Position numbers and translations under genes: made by a program. Source: Alphaproteobacteria bacterium (GTDB taxonomy: Bacteria > Pseudomonadota > Alphaproteobacteria > MPNO01 > UBA830). Taken from it: DNA of 64,000 nucleotides. The stretch's first letter is position 1, and every line of letters begins with the position of its first letter. The DNA lies in contig OZ219790.1 of assembly GCA_964291215.2 (NCBI GenBank), positions 320,001-384,000 of the forward strand, written 5' to 3'. Positions 61,993-64,000 of the stretch are shown piece by piece. The notes under the pieces were generated by a model. The model ran no database searches. It was not told where the DNA came from and was given only the letters and a program-made list of their open reading frames with translations.

Positions 61993-62792
61993 GGCTGCTC
62001 GTCGGGATGGGACTGGCTCTGGGCGTTCGCCAGATCTTCCTCCGAGGGGTGGCCGCCGAGATCGGCCAGCGCCTGCATCAGCTCGCTGATGACCTGGTTC
62101 AGGCGCGCCGGATCGGTCCCGCGCACCACCACCGAGACCCGGAAACCCTCTTCGCGCATTTGCGGATAGGATCCGATGTCGATCTCCGGAAAACGCGCCT
62201 GAAGAGCCCCCAGCGGTTCCGCGATCGTGCCTTCCGGGAGGTCGACGACGAGGCCTCTCGAGCGTACGACAGCGCCGCCCTGCAGATAGCGCTTCGCCTC
62301 CTCGAACATCGCGTGCATGATGCGCGGCACTCCTGCCATCACGAAGACGTTGCCGAGCTTGTAGCCCGGCGCCGCGCTCACCTCGTTCCTGAGCAGCACC
62401 GCGCCTTCGGGGAAGGTTGCCATGCGGAGCCGCGCCTCGTTCATTTCGGACCGGCCACGCCTTGCCATGTAGCTCTGCAGGAGATCGACGATTTCCTGCT
62501 CGCGGTACATCCCGACACCGAACGCCTCGGCGATACATTCCGAGGTTATGTCGTCATGGGTCGGCCCGATGCCGCCCGTAGTGAACACATAATCGAACTT
62601 TGTGCGGCACTCGTTGACCGTATCCACGATGGTTTTCCTGATGTCCGGAATGACGCGGGCCTCCCGCATCTGCACGCCAACCTCGTTGAGGCGACCGGCC
62701 AGATAGGATAGATTCTTGTCCTGTGTCCGACCGGAAAGGATCTCGTTGCCGATCAGAATCAGACATGCAGTAACGGTTGTGTCCGCGGACAT
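61989..62792 (-). CDS. CinA-like/molybdopterin-binding protein
   Basis: IGNEILSGRTQDKN, TTGGIGPTHDDIT, MAGVP. Confidence 0.92.
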   Translation of the reverse strand: MSADTTVTACLILIGNEILSGRTQDKNLSYLAGRLNEVGVQMREARVIPDIRKTIVDTVNECRTKFDYVFTTGGIGPTHDDITSECIAEAFGVGMYREQEIVDLLQSYMARRGRSEMNEARLRMATFPEGAVLLRNEVSAAPGYKLGNVFVMAGVPRIMHAMFEEAKRYLQGGAVVRSRGLVVDLPEGTIAEPLGALQARFPEIDIGSYPQMREEGFRVSVVVRGTDPARLNQVISELMQALADLGGHPSEEDLANAQSQSHPDEQP

Positions 62793-62873
62793 CGGTCCTC
62801 CACAATAGCTGCACCTGTATAGCCGAGCCCGGAAAATGTTGAAAGCGCGGGAGCGTACAGCTATGTTCCGGCG

Positions 62874-63575
62874 ATGGATTTTCCCGATCCGCTGGTCCGC
62901 GGCACCTTGATCCGACGCTACAAGCGCTTCCTGGCCGATGTCGGACTCGACAGCGGCGAAACCGTGACCGCCCATTGCCCGAATACCGGCACCATGCTCG
63001 GCGTCTGCGAACCCGGTTCGGAGGTCTGGCTGTCGCCGACCACAGACCCCGCGCGCAAGCTGCGTTACAGCTGGCAGATGATTCGCGTAGGCGACCATCT
63101 TGTCGGCATCAATACCCAGAACCCCAACCGCATTGTCGAGGAAGCGATCAGAGACTTCCGGATTCCGGAACTGGCCGGCTACGGCGCCATCCGGCGGGAA
63201 GTGAAATACGGCAGAAACTCGCGGATCGACATCCTGTTGCAGGAACCGGGAAAACCGGACTGCTATGTGGAGATCAAGAACGTCCACCTCATGCGCGAGG
63301 ATGGCATCGCGGAATTCCCCGATGCCGTATCGGCGCGCGCGGCAAAGCACCAAGGCGAACTGGCCGACATGGTCGAGTCTGGTCACCGCGCGGTGACCTT
63401 CTATCTGTGCCAGCGCCAGGACTGCGGCAGCTTCCGCATCGCCGGCGACATCGACCTAACCTATGCGAAGGCCGTACGAGCGGCCCGTGACAGGGGCGTG
63501 GAAGCCCTCTGCTATGGATGTATACTGACGCCGGACGCCATTTCCATCGGCGACGCGCTTCCGCCCACAACGTGA
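62874..63575 (+). CDS. sfsA: DNA/RNA nuclease SfsA
   Basis: RRYKRFLADV, HCPNTGTM, SRID, YVEIKN, FPDAVSAR. Confidence 0.95.
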   Translation: MDFPDPLVRGTLIRRYKRFLADVGLDSGETVTAHCPNTGTMLGVCEPGSEVWLSPTTDPARKLRYSWQMIRVGDHLVGINTQNPNRIVEEAIRDFRIPELAGYGAIRREVKYGRNSRIDILLQEPGKPDCYVEIKNVHLMREDGIAEFPDAVSARAAKHQGELADMVESGHRAVTFYLCQRQDCGSFRIAGDIDLTYAKAVRAARDRGVEALCYGCILTPDAISIGDALPPTT

Positions 63576-63620
63576 ATGCCGCCGCCCGGTTGGCGCCTAT
63601 CACAGCAATATCCGGTCCGC

Positions 63621-64000
63621 ATGAACGAAACACCCGCCGCATTCCCTGAACCCGACGACGCCAAGCCCCCGGGAATCGTCCTTCACGGACCCGACGAATT
63701 CGCCGCCATGCGCAAGGCCGGCCGCCTGGCCGCGGAATGCCTCGACATGATCACCGAGCACGTGGTCCCGGGCGTGACCACTGCCGAACTTGACCGCATC
63801 TGTCATGAGTTCACCGCCAGCCACAATGCGATTCCGGCGCCACTGGGTTATCGCGGGTTTCCCAAGTCCATCTGCACTTCGGTAAATCACGTTGTCTGTC
63901 ACGGCATACCCGGAGACCGCGTCCTGCGGAACGGCGACATTATCAACATAGACGTCACGCCGATCGTCGACGGCTGGCACGGCGACTCGTCGCGCATGTA
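63621..64000 (+). CDS. map: Type I methionine aminopeptidase (partial)
   Basis: Manual translation ..MRKAGRLAA..GYRGFPKSICTSVNHVVCHGIP..DVTPIVDGWHGDSSRM. Confidence 0.95.
   Translation, partial: MNETPAAFPEPDDAKPPGIVLHGPDEFAAMRKAGRLAAECLDMITEHVVPGVTTAELDRICHEFTASHNAIPAPLGYRGFPKSICTSVNHVVCHGIPGDRVLRNGDIINIDVTPIVDGWHGDSSRM

Overview
GC-rich bacterial DNA, probably alphaproteobacterial (cinA-like/sfsA/map at the right edge). It alternates between intact operons and dense fields of decayed IS elements; a host-associated or symbiont-like lifestyle is an inference. Main result: 1-11.7 kb is a minus-strand RiPP cluster. It encodes two nitrile-hydratase-like leader peptide (NHLP) precursors whose 37-aa cores share a strict 3-residue Ser/Thr/Cys register, a core-less leader-only NHLP protein, two fused YcaO cyclodehydratases (one split by a frameshift), a SagB/ThcOx dehydrogenase, and a TolC/HlyD/C39-peptidase ABC exporter. 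After about 13 kb of IS debris (IS66, IS256, IS110, IS1634, ISNCY and others, plus one intact Dam-like methylase) lies an intact, divergently oriented LanM-like gene whose cyclase half lacks the zinc-binding motifs. It is plausibly a dehydratase-only member of the same pathway. The rest contains a Mo-hydroxylase/LLM operon, a decaying defence island (intact Fic and AbiE; broken PLD-helicase and others), hydantoinase A/B-SDR-Mo-hydroxylase genes, three cupins, an alpha/beta hydrolase, a GH3 amide ligase next to a penicillin-acylase-family amidase, and housekeeping genes. No rRNA, tRNA or CRISPR array was recognised.
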